Made by a program: the position numbers and the translations under genes
IMG/VR virus record: IMGVR_UViG_3300037657_000082
Coordinates: 1 to 37,434 of that record
Direction: 5' to 3' (one strand)
From: a virus
Taxonomy: Duplodnaviria; Caudoviricetes
Length of the DNA stretch: 37,434 bases
In this document: piece after piece, positions 15,285 to 23,804 of the stretch
Layout: every line of letters begins with the position of its first letter
How positions within the stretch are numbered: position 1 is the first letter of the stretch
The notes under the pieces: generated by a model
Database searches by the model: none
What the model saw: the letters and a program-made list of their open reading frames with translations, nothing else
What the model was told of the DNA's origin: nothing

Positions 15285-16178
15285 ATGAGCAGTTTACCGG
15301 CGGTGAGGACGCAGCAGAACAGCCTACTGACGCTGAGCCTGCCCCAGATGAGGGAGCGGGCCGAGATCATGGTCAAAAGTGGTCTGTTGCCTGCGAGCAT
15401 CAAGACACCCGAACAGGCCATCGTCATCGCACTCAAGGGGCAGGAGTTGGGCCTGCCGATGCTGCAGGCGTTTGAGGATCTGTTCATCATCAACGGCAAG
15501 ATCGGTATGTTCACCCGGCTGATGATCCAACGCTACCTCGATCGCGGGCACCGGTACACCATCACCGAAATGACCGCCAAGCGGTGCGCCGTGACGTTCG
15601 CTCGGAGCGACGGGCGTGTGTACGAGCACGCCGTCACTATAGAGGAAGCGCAGGCAGCGGGGTGGGACAAGGCCAACAACAAGGAGACGGGCAAGTACGA
15701 GGAGAAGTTCACCTGGAAGAACCCTCGCGTCATGCTGGGGTGGGCCACTTTCCGCAACGGGATCAAGTTCTTTGCGCCGGACGTGCTGGATCCGGACATG
15801 CTCGAGGCGGATGTGGTGGACGGCCAAGTGGTGATGCCGGACGACGAACAGGGCGGGGACATCATCGAAGGTAGTGTTCGGAGTGTACCGGTAACGTCGG
15901 GACAGCCTCCACAGGCGGAGGCGGTCGCCTCCGCGCCCCCCGAGGGGCCGGCGAACTGGAAGGACAAGGCGACGCAGGACGCATTCACGGCCCAGCTGGC
16001 CGAGTACCGCATGGACGGGCATGACGCGCTGATGGCGTTCGAGAAGGCCACTGGCCAGCACTATGAGCGCGTGGGGCAGTGGACGGGCTCGCTGAGCGCG
16101 GCGATGGTGGCGCTGTGCGACTATATGGAAGAGCGTGACGGGCTCGCCAAGCCCAAGCAGCAGGGGATGTTCGCGTGA
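15285..16178 (+). CDS. RecT-like single-strand annealing protein
   Basis: KSGLLP...GQELGLP.LQA...IINGK, EEAQAAGW, W.NPRVML, FAPDVL; acidic C-terminal part. Confidence 0.75.
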   Translation: MSSLPAVRTQQNSLLTLSLPQMRERAEIMVKSGLLPASIKTPEQAIVIALKGQELGLPMLQAFEDLFIINGKIGMFTRLMIQRYLDRGHRYTITEMTAKRCAVTFARSDGRVYEHAVTIEEAQAAGWDKANNKETGKYEEKFTWKNPRVMLGWATFRNGIKFFAPDVLDPDMLEADVVDGQVVMPDDEQGGDIIEGSVRSVPVTSGQPPQAEAVASAPPEGPANWKDKATQDAFTAQLAEYRMDGHDALMAFEKATGQHYERVGQWTGSLSAAMVALCDYMEERDGLAKPKQQGMFA

Positions 16179-16435
16179 GGGCGCAGCCGACGCTGCCGGA
16201 GCTGCCGAGCTACCTGGAGAGCTATGCCAAACGGCTGTTTCGGCTGCACGAGCGCGAGTGGGTGGGTCTGGGCCGCGAGCAGTTGGAGGCGGCGGTGAAA
16301 GAGTCGCTGCAATGGCTGATGCTTGGCCAGGACGAGCTCGAGGGCATCCTGGCTGTGGTGGCCAGCCAGGTGCGGGACCAGGCGCTGCCAGTACGGATGC
16401 TGGCGAATGACGACGTGGACGAGTTGTTGAGGTAG
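16175..16435 (+). CDS. Hypothetical protein
   Basis: GTGA overlap with annealase gene. Confidence 0.65.
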   Translation: MRAQPTLPELPSYLESYAKRLFRLHEREWVGLGREQLEAAVKESLQWLMLGQDELEGILAVVASQVRDQALPVRMLANDDVDELLR

Positions 16436-16444
16436 GAGGAGGAC

Positions 16445-16759
16445 ATGGCGACTTTGCAGGGCGAGATGTTGACGCGGATCGCGAGGGCGCACCAGCGCGC
16501 GGTGACGGCCGAGTACGCCCTCCAGGAGGCCAAGGAGGCGCTGAAGAAGACGCGAGAGTCTAACGACCTGGAGATGGCCAAGGCGGAAAAGAAGGCCGCG
16601 GCGCTGGAGCTGGGTGCGGCGCTGGACGAGACGACGCAGTTGCCGTTGCCGGGCACTGGGAACTCGCCCGGGGAGATCGACGCGGCGATCGAGCGGGCGG
16701 TAGGGGCGCCGATGCAGGCAGCGTGGGAGCGGGCCGCACGCGTGGTGGTGACGGCGTAG
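16445..16759 (+). CDS. Hypothetical coiled-coil protein
   Basis: AGGAGG RBS; Ala/Glu/Lys heptads. Confidence 0.7.
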   Translation: MATLQGEMLTRIARAHQRAVTAEYALQEAKEALKKTRESNDLEMAKAEKKAAALELGAALDETTQLPLPGTGNSPGEIDAAIERAVGAPMQAAWERAARVVVTA

Positions 16760-16815
16760 GACAGAGAGGTCCGATGGGACCTATGGTGCCAAGCAAAAGC
16801 AAGGAGAGGCCAGGC

Positions 16816-17061
16816 ATGTTGCACGTTTACAAGGCGCAGGCGACAGGCAACCAAGTTGTTGAGGACGTAGTAGTCTCCATCGAGACGGCTTTCCCCGGCG
16901 GGATAGTCTCTCTAGGGTTCGCTGACGCGATTTTCAGCAAAGAGGCTGAGGCCTTGGAGTCGGCGCTATACGGCGCTCTGCCCGGCGGCACCTATGACCG
17001 GCTGCTCGGGAAGATGCTAGAGCGCAAGGCTACGCACTTTGTGGTTGCGCACAAGAGCTAA
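16816..17061 (+). CDS. Hypothetical protein
   Basis: AAGGAG RBS; MLHVYKAQ...LPGGTYDRL. Confidence 0.65.
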   Translation: MLHVYKAQATGNQVVEDVVVSIETAFPGGIVSLGFADAIFSKEAEALESALYGALPGGTYDRLLGKMLERKATHFVVAHKS

Positions 17062-17127
17062 GCGTTCACGGCGACACATGCCAAAGTTGCGTGGCAGCCG
17101 GAGAGACGGCGAGATGAAAGGAGTGCG

Positions 17128-17316
17128 ATGAGACTGCCTGACTTTCTGGGAACGGGTACTGGACGACAGCATGTGAACCGGACTGCGCACATGCGCAAGA
17201 GATACTGGGAGCGAGCGCCTATGGCGATGGTAGCGGGCAGGCCGAAGTACAGCCACAAGCGAGAGAACGAGCGCAGGCGTAAGCAGATCGAGCGTGGTGT
17301 GCTCAAGATCGGGTAG
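17128..17316 (+). CDS. Small basic hypothetical protein
   Basis: AAGGAG RBS; C-terminal KRENERRRKQIERGVLK. Confidence 0.65.
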   Translation: MRLPDFLGTGTGRQHVNRTAHMRKRYWERAPMAMVAGRPKYSHKRENERRRKQIERGVLKIG

Positions 17317-17323
17317 CGTACAT

Positions 17324-17646
17324 GGGCGGGGCAACGATCAGGCGTTAGAGCGGGTTCGAATCCCGGCCCCGGGAAGCATGGGTAACACCAGCGGGGGGAA
17401 CCCCGCCCGGGGTATGGAGTTGGTCTCGTCGGTTCAATTCCGGCCCCCGCCCCTGGCAGGCCCAAAAACAAAACCCAACCACGAAAGGAGGGATCCTCTG
17501 TAGCCAACGCTGTGGGCCTGGGCGACGGCAGTACGGATGGAGGCGCACAATGTGAGGTAATCGGAACACGCGAGAGTACGGAGCCGGAGACTGATGCACA
17601 CAGCCGGCACTGACGTAAGGGGCGGTTTGATTCCGCCCGCCGGCTA
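17324..17646 (+). ncRNA. Structured non-coding region with three tRNA-like acceptor/T-arm modules
   Basis: 7-nt T-like loops TTCGAAT (17355), TTCAATT (17433), TTTGATT (17626), each closed by a 4-6 bp stem and followed by a strand pairing with an upstream 6-7 nt segment; no convincing ORF. Confidence 0.55.
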
Positions 17647-17693
17647 TGACGGGGACACGAGATACAGGGCAAGCGATAGCAGAGAGGGGCGCG

Positions 17694-18572
17694 ATGAAAC
17701 CATGGGTCAAGCTCTACACAGAGATCAACCGCGACGTGGACATGGGAACGCTGACGTGGGCGCAGCGCGGCATCTGGTCGGCGCTGCTGGCGCTGGCCGG
17801 GGACATCGACGCCCGAGATGCTGAGGAGCACGAGACGGGTCAGCTCGACACCGAGGCCAGGGTGGCCTGGATGATACGGTGCGAGCCCTCGGAGATGCGT
17901 GAGGCCGTCTCCACGTTCATGCACAGGGGGATGGTGGAGGAACGTGACGGCATGCTGTACTTGCCCAACTATGGCAAGCGCCAGGCCAAGCCACCGTCGC
18001 AGGAACGCCCAGCAGCGCGTGACAGGCAGCGCGAACATCGCGCGTCACAACCATGTCACAAGCCTGTCACAAGTGCCGCCGAGGCTGTCACAACACAGAA
18101 TAGATTAGATTCAGATACAGATCGAGACGAGAAAAGAGAAGATACAGACCGAGACGAGATCGAGAGCGTGCGCGCCGCTGGCGCGGCGCTCGATTCGGCC
18201 TTCTCTGAGGCTTCTGATTCGATTTCGATAGATGGTTCGGGCTCGGAGCCGCCCATGGACACCGAATCCCCGGAACTGGGGGACTGCATACGGAAGTGGA
18301 GCTGGGCGCTGAAGGATGGCGCGGCCGTCGAGAGCAACCTGACGCAGATATTCGCGATCTGGGGAGGGTACCCGCAGATCCGCGCGCCGGACATGATCCG
18401 CCTGGTGAATGACATGGGCACGATGGTGCAGCGGATGCAGTCCGTGCAACGGCCAATGGCGTACCTGTTCAAGAGCATTCGCGGGGAGCTGGAGCGCAAA
18501 CTGGGGCCGCCTCCGAGGGTGGGGAAGGCGTTGCGCGGGCCGGCACCGGTGGCGCAGCAGGTGATGACATGA
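17694..18572 (+). CDS. Phage replication initiator (replisome organiser-like)
   Basis: MKPWVKLYTEI N-terminus, wHTH, LPNYGKRQ, RDRQREHR, low-complexity DTDRD linker, C-terminal PMAYL. Confidence 0.8.
   Translation: MKPWVKLYTEINRDVDMGTLTWAQRGIWSALLALAGDIDARDAEEHETGQLDTEARVAWMIRCEPSEMREAVSTFMHRGMVEERDGMLYLPNYGKRQAKPPSQERPAARDRQREHRASQPCHKPVTSAAEAVTTQNRLDSDTDRDEKREDTDRDEIESVRAAGAALDSAFSEASDSISIDGSGSEPPMDTESPELGDCIRKWSWALKDGAAVESNLTQIFAIWGGYPQIRAPDMIRLVNDMGTMVQRMQSVQRPMAYLFKSIRGELERKLGPPPRVGKALRGPAPVAQQVMT
18044..18166 (+). repeat. Putative replication origin: iterons plus purine-rich tract inside initiator gene
   Basis: GTCACAA at 18044, 18055, 18066 and 18087 (11, 11, 21 bp spacing), followed by AGAT/AGAC-rich strand-asymmetric repeats. 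Confidence 0.75.
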
Positions 18573-18793
18573 TCGCGGTGGCGGGGGCCGTGGTGTGGAT
18601 CCCGGTGACGGACCATCCGAACCATCCTCGGAAGTGCGCAGTGGGCGATGCGTTCGCTAGTCGAACAGAGGAGGAGTGCCAGCAGACGTGCGATGCGTGG
18701 AACCGAGAGGGGGCGCCCTTCCGGTGGTATCCGTTGCAGGTGGTGGTGCAGCAGAGAGGCTTTGAGCGTGGGCCGCAGATGAGGTTGCTGTGA
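18569..18793 (+). CDS. Hypothetical protein
   Basis: ATGA overlap with initiator gene. Confidence 0.55.
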   Translation: MIAVAGAVVWIPVTDHPNHPRKCAVGDAFASRTEEECQQTCDAWNREGAPFRWYPLQVVVQQRGFERGPQMRLL

Positions 18794-18803
18794 GGGAGGG
18801 GGA

Positions 18804-19007
18804 GTGGAGCACAAGACGACCTGTAAGGTGTGGCGCTGTGAGAACTGCGACTCGAAGCTGGCCATGGTGGTGTGCGGAGAGGCACGCGTTACGGGGAGTG
18901 TGGTGCTGCGGCCTGAGTCGGTGGGGGTGGAGTGTCCGAAGTGTGGGCATCTGAACCCATGGCACAGGCAGAATAGCCAAACGGTTGACACGGCCGTAAT
19001 GGCGTGA
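18804..19007 (+). CDS. Com-like Zn-ribbon regulator
   Basis: WRCENCDSKLA...VECPKCGHLN resembles the phage Mu Com family; last early gene. Confidence 0.65.
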   Translation: MEHKTTCKVWRCENCDSKLAMVVCGEARVTGSVVLRPESVGVECPKCGHLNPWHRQNSQTVDTAVMA

Positions 19008-19013
19008 TAGTAT
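18985..19013 (+). promoter_or_regulatory. Late promoter
   Basis: TTGACA-N17-TAGTAT with extended TG; overlaps the Com-like stop codon. Confidence 0.8.
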
Positions 19014-19055
19014 AGGGGCGTCAACCGAATAGATTACGGGCGCAAGTCGGACATG

Positions 19056-19097
19056 AGCCCCCCGAGAACGTAGCTTTACGTTCTCGGGGGGCTTTTT
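19056..19097 (+). terminator. Strong intrinsic terminator
   Basis: Perfect 17-bp stem AGCCCCCCGAGAACGTA-GCTT-TACGTTCTCGGGGGGCT followed by TTTT. Confidence 0.9.
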
Positions 19098-19141
19098 CGT
19101 TTGGTCGCTGGCGTCAATGGCGCAGCGGGTTAGGGGAGGGG

Positions 19142-19501
19142 ATGCCTGATAGGCCTTTGCGTCCGTGCTCCCAGGCGGGGTGCTCGAGACCGGCCGTGGA
19201 TCGGGGCCGATGCGCAGAGCACGCGCGAGCGCCGCGGGTGTTCGCGGAGCGTCCCAGGCCGAGCGCTGCAGGACGTGGGTACGATCACAAGTGGCGCATG
19301 ACAAGGGCGAGGTTCCTAAGGGCCAACCCGGTATGCGTCATGTGCGGGGACGACGCGACGGACGTGGACCACATCGTGTCAAGGGCCCAGGGTGGCACGG
19401 ACGAGTGGGAGAACCTGGAGTCGCTCTGTCATTCCTGTCACAGCCGCAAGACGGCAATGCTGGATGGCGGGGGATGGCGGGGCGGGGCCAAAAGTCTGTA
19501 A
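19142..19501 (+). CDS. Packaging-associated HNH endonuclease (HK97 gp74-like)
   Basis: RGYDHKW, CVMC, VDHI, NLESLCHSCHSRKT; immediately before terS. Confidence 0.9.
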   Translation: MPDRPLRPCSQAGCSRPAVDRGRCAEHARAPRVFAERPRPSAAGRGYDHKWRMTRARFLRANPVCVMCGDDATDVDHIVSRAQGGTDEWENLESLCHSCHSRKTAMLDGGGWRGGAKSL

Positions 19502-19567
19502 CCGTGGCGTGTAGACCGTTGCGTGCAGGGGGAGACGTGTGCGCGCAGGATGCCTGAGGGGGTTGCG
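19478..19567 (+). other. Probable cos region
   Basis: Inferred from HNH-gap-P27-type TerS synteny; exact cut site not determinable by eye. Confidence 0.4.
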
Positions 19568-20038
19568 ATGCCAGGGCCGGCACCCAAGCCGACAGCACTC
19601 CGCGAACTTGCGGGGAATCCAGGGCACAGGCCGCTGAACAAGCGCGAGCCGCGCTTTGCCGCCGGCGTTCCGACGCGCCCCGAGTGGCTGCTGCCCGAGG
19701 CCAAGCGCGAGTGGGCCCGGATCGTGCCCGAACTGCTGCGCCTGCAACTCCTCGCAATGGTGGATCGCGCGGCACTGGCCAATTACTGCCAGTGGTGGGC
19801 CCGCTATGTCGAGGCTGAGAAGATACTGAGCGCCCAGGGGCTGACGATTCTGTGCCCCAGCGGGTACATGCAGCAGCGGCCAGAGGTCGCGATCGCGCAA
19901 AAAGCTGCGCAGCTCATGAAGGCGTTCCTGGTCGAGTTCGGATTGACGCCAGCGAGCCGCAGTAGGGTGTCGGTGCCCGAGCCCAAGCAGGAAGACGAGT
20001 TCAGTAAGTTCCTGAGGGCCAAGGTGGTCGGTGAGTAA
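19568..20038 (+). CDS. terS: Terminase small subunit, P27 family
   Basis: MPGPAPKPT...GNPGHRPLN, EFGLTPASR. Confidence 0.93.
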   Translation: MPGPAPKPTALRELAGNPGHRPLNKREPRFAAGVPTRPEWLLPEAKREWARIVPELLRLQLLAMVDRAALANYCQWWARYVEAEKILSAQGLTILCPSGYMQQRPEVAIAQKAAQLMKAFLVEFGLTPASRSRVSVPEPKQEDEFSKFLRAKVVGE

Positions 20039-21707
20039 GCATCCCGCCGTCGCGTACATGCACGGCGTGATAGACGGGACGATCCCGGCGAGCCGGATGA
20101 TCAAGCTCGCGGCCGAGCGACACCTCCGCGATCTGGAGACAGGGGCCGAGCGCGGATTGCACTTTGACAGAACAGCGGCGCAGCATGCCATCGACTTTTT
20201 CGGGTTCCTGCGCCACTCCAAAGGTGAGTGGGCCGGCCAGCCGTTCGTGCTGGCGCCGTGGCAGCAGTTCCTGGTGTGGGCGCTGTTTGGATGGAAGCGC
20301 GCTGATGGGTTGCGGCGCTTCCGCACCGCGTACATTGAGCTGCCCAGGAAGAACGGGAAGTCGACGTTGGCGGCCGGCATCGCGCTATACATGCTGACGG
20401 CCGACGGCGAGAGCGGCGCCGAGGTGTACGTTGCGGCCACCAAGCGCGACCAGGCCAAGATCGTGTGGGGCGAGGCGGTCAAGATGCGAGCCGCGAGCCC
20501 CGCGCTGTCCAAGATGATCACGTACTGGCGAGCGTCGGACTCGCTGTTGGTGGAGCCCACCAGCTCGGTGTTGCGGCCACTGGGCGCAGACGAGGACACG
20601 CTGGACGGACTGAACGTGCACGGGGCCATCATCGACGAGCTGCACGCGCACAAGACACGCGGTGTCGTGGACGTGCTCGAGACGGCAACCGGCGCACGGC
20701 GCCAGCCGCTGCAGTTCGAGATCACAACGGCGGGATACGACCAGAACTCGGTGTGCTGGGAGCACCACGAGTACGCGCGGCAGATCCTGGAGGGAGCGGT
20801 CAAGGATGATAGCTGGCTCGGCTTTATTGCGTGCCTCGACGAGGGCGATGACTGGACGGATCCCAGTGTGTGGGCCAAGGCTAACCCGAACTATGGCGTA
20901 TCAGTCAAGCCCGATGATCTGCAGCGCAAGTGCGACAAGGCCCGCCGGCTGCCTGCGGCGCAGAACTCCTTTCGACGACTGCACCTCAACCAGTGGACAC
21001 AGCAGTCTGACCGATGGATCGACCTCGGACTGTGGGATGAGAACGCAGGCGAGGTAGACGAGGCCGCGCTGGCGGGGCGCACCTGCTACGGCGGGCTGGA
21101 CCTGTCGGCGGTGAGTGACATCACGGCGTGGGTGCTGGTGTTCCCGAGAGACGGCGACCCCGAGGAGTTGGACATATTGGCGCGGTTCTGGTGCCCGCAG
21201 GCGCGGCTGGACGATGAGACCAACCGCTACAGGGACCAGTACCAGGCGTGGGCGGCCGCGGGGCTGCTGAGCGTGACGGGTGGCAACGCGGTCGACTATC
21301 AGTTCGTCAAGGCGCAGATCCTGGCCGACGCGCAGCGGTTCCGCCTGGTCGATCTCAACGTGGACCGACTGTTCCAGGGATACCAGCTCTCGCAAGAACT
21401 GACCGATGAGGGGCTGACCGTGTTTGGCATGGGGCAAGGATTCCTGAGCATGGCCATTCCGATGAAAGAGTTTGAGCGGCGGCTGCTTGGCAAGAAGCTG
21501 CACCACGGTGGCCACCCGATCCTGCGGTTCATGGCCAACAGCGTGGCGGTCAAGCAGGACGCGGCCGGCAACCTGAAGCCCGACAAGGCGGAGAGCCAGG
21601 GGCGCATCGACGGAATTGTGGCGGGGGTGATGGCGCTCGACAGGGCGATGCGCCAGCAGCCCGCAGCCAACAGCGTATACGACGAACGGGAGATGCTACT
21701 GCTGTGA
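20031..21707 (+). CDS. terL: Terminase large subunit
   Basis: Walker A PRKNGKS, Walker B IIDELHAH, ITTAG, GGLDLS, RIDG. Confidence 0.97.
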   Translation: MSKHPAVAYMHGVIDGTIPASRMIKLAAERHLRDLETGAERGLHFDRTAAQHAIDFFGFLRHSKGEWAGQPFVLAPWQQFLVWALFGWKRADGLRRFRTAYIELPRKNGKSTLAAGIALYMLTADGESGAEVYVAATKRDQAKIVWGEAVKMRAASPALSKMITYWRASDSLLVEPTSSVLRPLGADEDTLDGLNVHGAIIDELHAHKTRGVVDVLETATGARRQPLQFEITTAGYDQNSVCWEHHEYARQILEGAVKDDSWLGFIACLDEGDDWTDPSVWAKANPNYGVSVKPDDLQRKCDKARRLPAAQNSFRRLHLNQWTQQSDRWIDLGLWDENAGEVDEAALAGRTCYGGLDLSAVSDITAWVLVFPRDGDPEELDILARFWCPQARLDDETNRYRDQYQAWAAAGLLSVTGGNAVDYQFVKAQILADAQRFRLVDLNVDRLFQGYQLSQELTDEGLTVFGMGQGFLSMAIPMKEFERRLLGKKLHHGGHPILRFMANSVAVKQDAAGNLKPDKAESQGRIDGIVAGVMALDRAMRQQPAANSVYDEREMLLL

Positions 21708-23794
21708 AAGGTCCGTTTGGTCGGCTCTTCCAACAGCGCAACAACATCAGCCTGGCGGAGATGGACGCCATTATCGCCAGGAATGCGGGTGGCGACACGG
21801 CGACGGGCAAGATTATCACGCCCGGTACATCGCTCTACAGCGTGCCGGTGTTCGCGTGCGTGACGATCCTGACGGACACCATCTCGAGTCTCCCGTTGAT
21901 CCTGTACCGGCGGCTGTCGGGCGGGGGCAAAGAGCGAGCGACTGAGCACCCACTCTACACAGTGCTGCACGACCGGCCCAACGGCGACATGACCTCGATG
22001 GAGTATCGCGAGACGAAGGTGGGGCACCTGGCGCTGTGGGGCAACCACTACTCGGAGATCGAGAGGGACCCGTACACCGGCGATGCAAGGGCACTGTGGC
22101 CCCTGCGGCCCGACTGCATGACGCCGGTGCGACTGCCGGACGGGCACCTGGGCTATGAGTACCGTCTGCCGAACGGAGAGAAGAAGGGCTTTTACTCCCA
22201 CCTGATCCTGCATGAGCGCCTGTGGGGCGGCGATGGGATCACCGGTTACTCGCCGATCCGCATGGCGAGGCAGGCGATCGCCCTGGGACAGGCGGCAGAG
22301 GAGTACGGGGCCCGCTTCTTTGGCAACGACTCTCGACCTGGCGGCGTGCTGGAGCACCCCGGGAAGGTGACGCCCGAGGGGGCCAAGCGAATGAAGGATG
22401 GCTGGGAGGCGGCGCACAGGGGCCTGAACAATGCCCAGCGCGTGGCCGTGCTCGAAGAGGGCGTCAAGTGGCAGCAGGTGGGCATCGCCCCGGAAGACGC
22501 GCAGTTCCTGGAGACGCGCAGTTTCCAGACAGCGGAGATCGCGCGGCTGTTTCGCATCCCGCCCCACCTGATCAGCGACACAGAGCGCAGCACCTCGTGG
22601 GGCACGGGCATCGAGCAGCAGAACATCGGCTTTGTGGTCTACACGATCCGGCCGTGGGTGGAGCGGATCGAGCAACGCCTGACGGCCAGCCTGCTCACCC
22701 CCATCGAGCAGAAGACGCTGTTCGTCGAGCACCTACTGGACGGACTGGTGCGTGGCGACCTGCAGAGCCGCTACAACGCCTATTCGATCGGCCGGCAGAA
22801 TGGCTGGCTGAGCGCTGATGACATCCGCGAGCTCGAGAACATGAACCCGCTGCCGGACGGCCAGGGCAAGCTGTACCTGGTGCCGATGAACATGATCCCG
22901 GCCAGCGAGATGGTGGCAATGTCGCAGAGCGACGCTGGCAAAACGGCGCCCAAGCTGCCGGCGCCCACTGACGACGGCGCCAATGGTGCGGGGGGCACGC
23001 CGGCGCGCGCGTTGCTGCTGCCGGCACGCACGATCATGACGCCCGGGGAGCTGCGAGATCGCAACTGGAGCCATGCGGTGATCCGACGGCGCATTGCGCG
23101 CACCTATCGGCGGCTAATTGTCGAGGCAACGGGCCGGGTGCTGCGGCGTGAAGAGGCCGACGTGATGCGCCAAGCGGAGAAGCAGTTGCGCCAGCGCGAT
23201 GCGACCGAGTTCGGCTATTGGCTGACGCAGTTCTATGCCGGCCACGCCGACTTTGTAAAGCGGGCGTTGCTGCCAGTGCTGATGAGCCTGGGTGATGCGA
23301 TCCAGGCGGACGCGGCCGACCAGATTGGCATCAACGCGGGCATGACGGACGAACTGGAGCAGTTTGTGGACGGCTACACGGGTGTGGCGGCGTCGCGTTA
23401 CACCTGGTCGAGCCTGGGGCAACTGCGCAGCGTGCTCAACAAGGCCAGCGGCGATGGCGTGGATCCCCTCGGGGCGCTGCAGACGCGCTTTGACGAATGG
23501 GAAGAGACACGCGGCGACAAGATGGCGATGACGCACACGGTGCGCGAGTCGAACGCCATGACGAAGGAAGTGTGGCGTGGGAACGGCGTGCGCAAGATCG
23601 AGTGGGTGACGCACGGCGAGAACTGCCCGTTCTGCAACGGGCTGAGCGGCAAGATCGTGGGCATCGAGCAGACGTTCGCACGCGAAGGCGAGGATTACCA
23701 GCCCGCCGGCGCGGACGGGGCTCTGCACATCAGGTCCAACATCGGGCATCCGCCCATCCATCTGGGGTGTGACTGTTCTATCGCGCCAGACTAA
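21704..23794 (+). CDS. HK97-family portal fused to C-terminal MuF/gp7-like head morphogenesis domain
   Basis: First ~400 aa: PVFACV, GYSPI, EIARLFRIPPHLI, IRELENMNP; C-terminus: KIEWVT...CPFC..L.GK...HPPIHLGCDC. Confidence 0.9.
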   Translation: MKGPFGRLFQQRNNISLAEMDAIIARNAGGDTATGKIITPGTSLYSVPVFACVTILTDTISSLPLILYRRLSGGGKERATEHPLYTVLHDRPNGDMTSMEYRETKVGHLALWGNHYSEIERDPYTGDARALWPLRPDCMTPVRLPDGHLGYEYRLPNGEKKGFYSHLILHERLWGGDGITGYSPIRMARQAIALGQAAEEYGARFFGNDSRPGGVLEHPGKVTPEGAKRMKDGWEAAHRGLNNAQRVAVLEEGVKWQQVGIAPEDAQFLETRSFQTAEIARLFRIPPHLISDTERSTSWGTGIEQQNIGFVVYTIRPWVERIEQRLTASLLTPIEQKTLFVEHLLDGLVRGDLQSRYNAYSIGRQNGWLSADDIRELENMNPLPDGQGKLYLVPMNMIPASEMVAMSQSDAGKTAPKLPAPTDDGANGAGGTPARALLLPARTIMTPGELRDRNWSHAVIRRRIARTYRRLIVEATGRVLRREEADVMRQAEKQLRQRDATEFGYWLTQFYAGHADFVKRALLPVLMSLGDAIQADAADQIGINAGMTDELEQFVDGYTGVAASRYTWSSLGQLRSVLNKASGDGVDPLGALQTRFDEWEETRGDKMAMTHTVRESNAMTKEVWRGNGVRKIEWVTHGENCPFCNGLSGKIVGIEQTFAREGEDYQPAGADGALHIRSNIGHPPIHLGCDCSIAPD

Positions 23795-23804
23795 GGGGTG
23801 ACAC

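Noticed and set aside
17324-17646. Canonical tRNA genes or tmRNA
   Set aside because: No complete cloverleaf, no assignable anticodon, no terminal CCA, and no tmRNA 5' consensus or tag frame ending in a typical hydrophobic-Ala motif.
18044-18166. CRISPR-like or mini-array
   Set aside because: Repeats are 7-8 bp with very short spacing inside a CDS; they fit iterons. No CRISPR array or cas gene was seen in the window.
18098-19036. Shared 10-mer GAATAGATTA in origin region and late leader
   Set aside because: Single short match with no symmetry or further copies noticed; chance is plausible.
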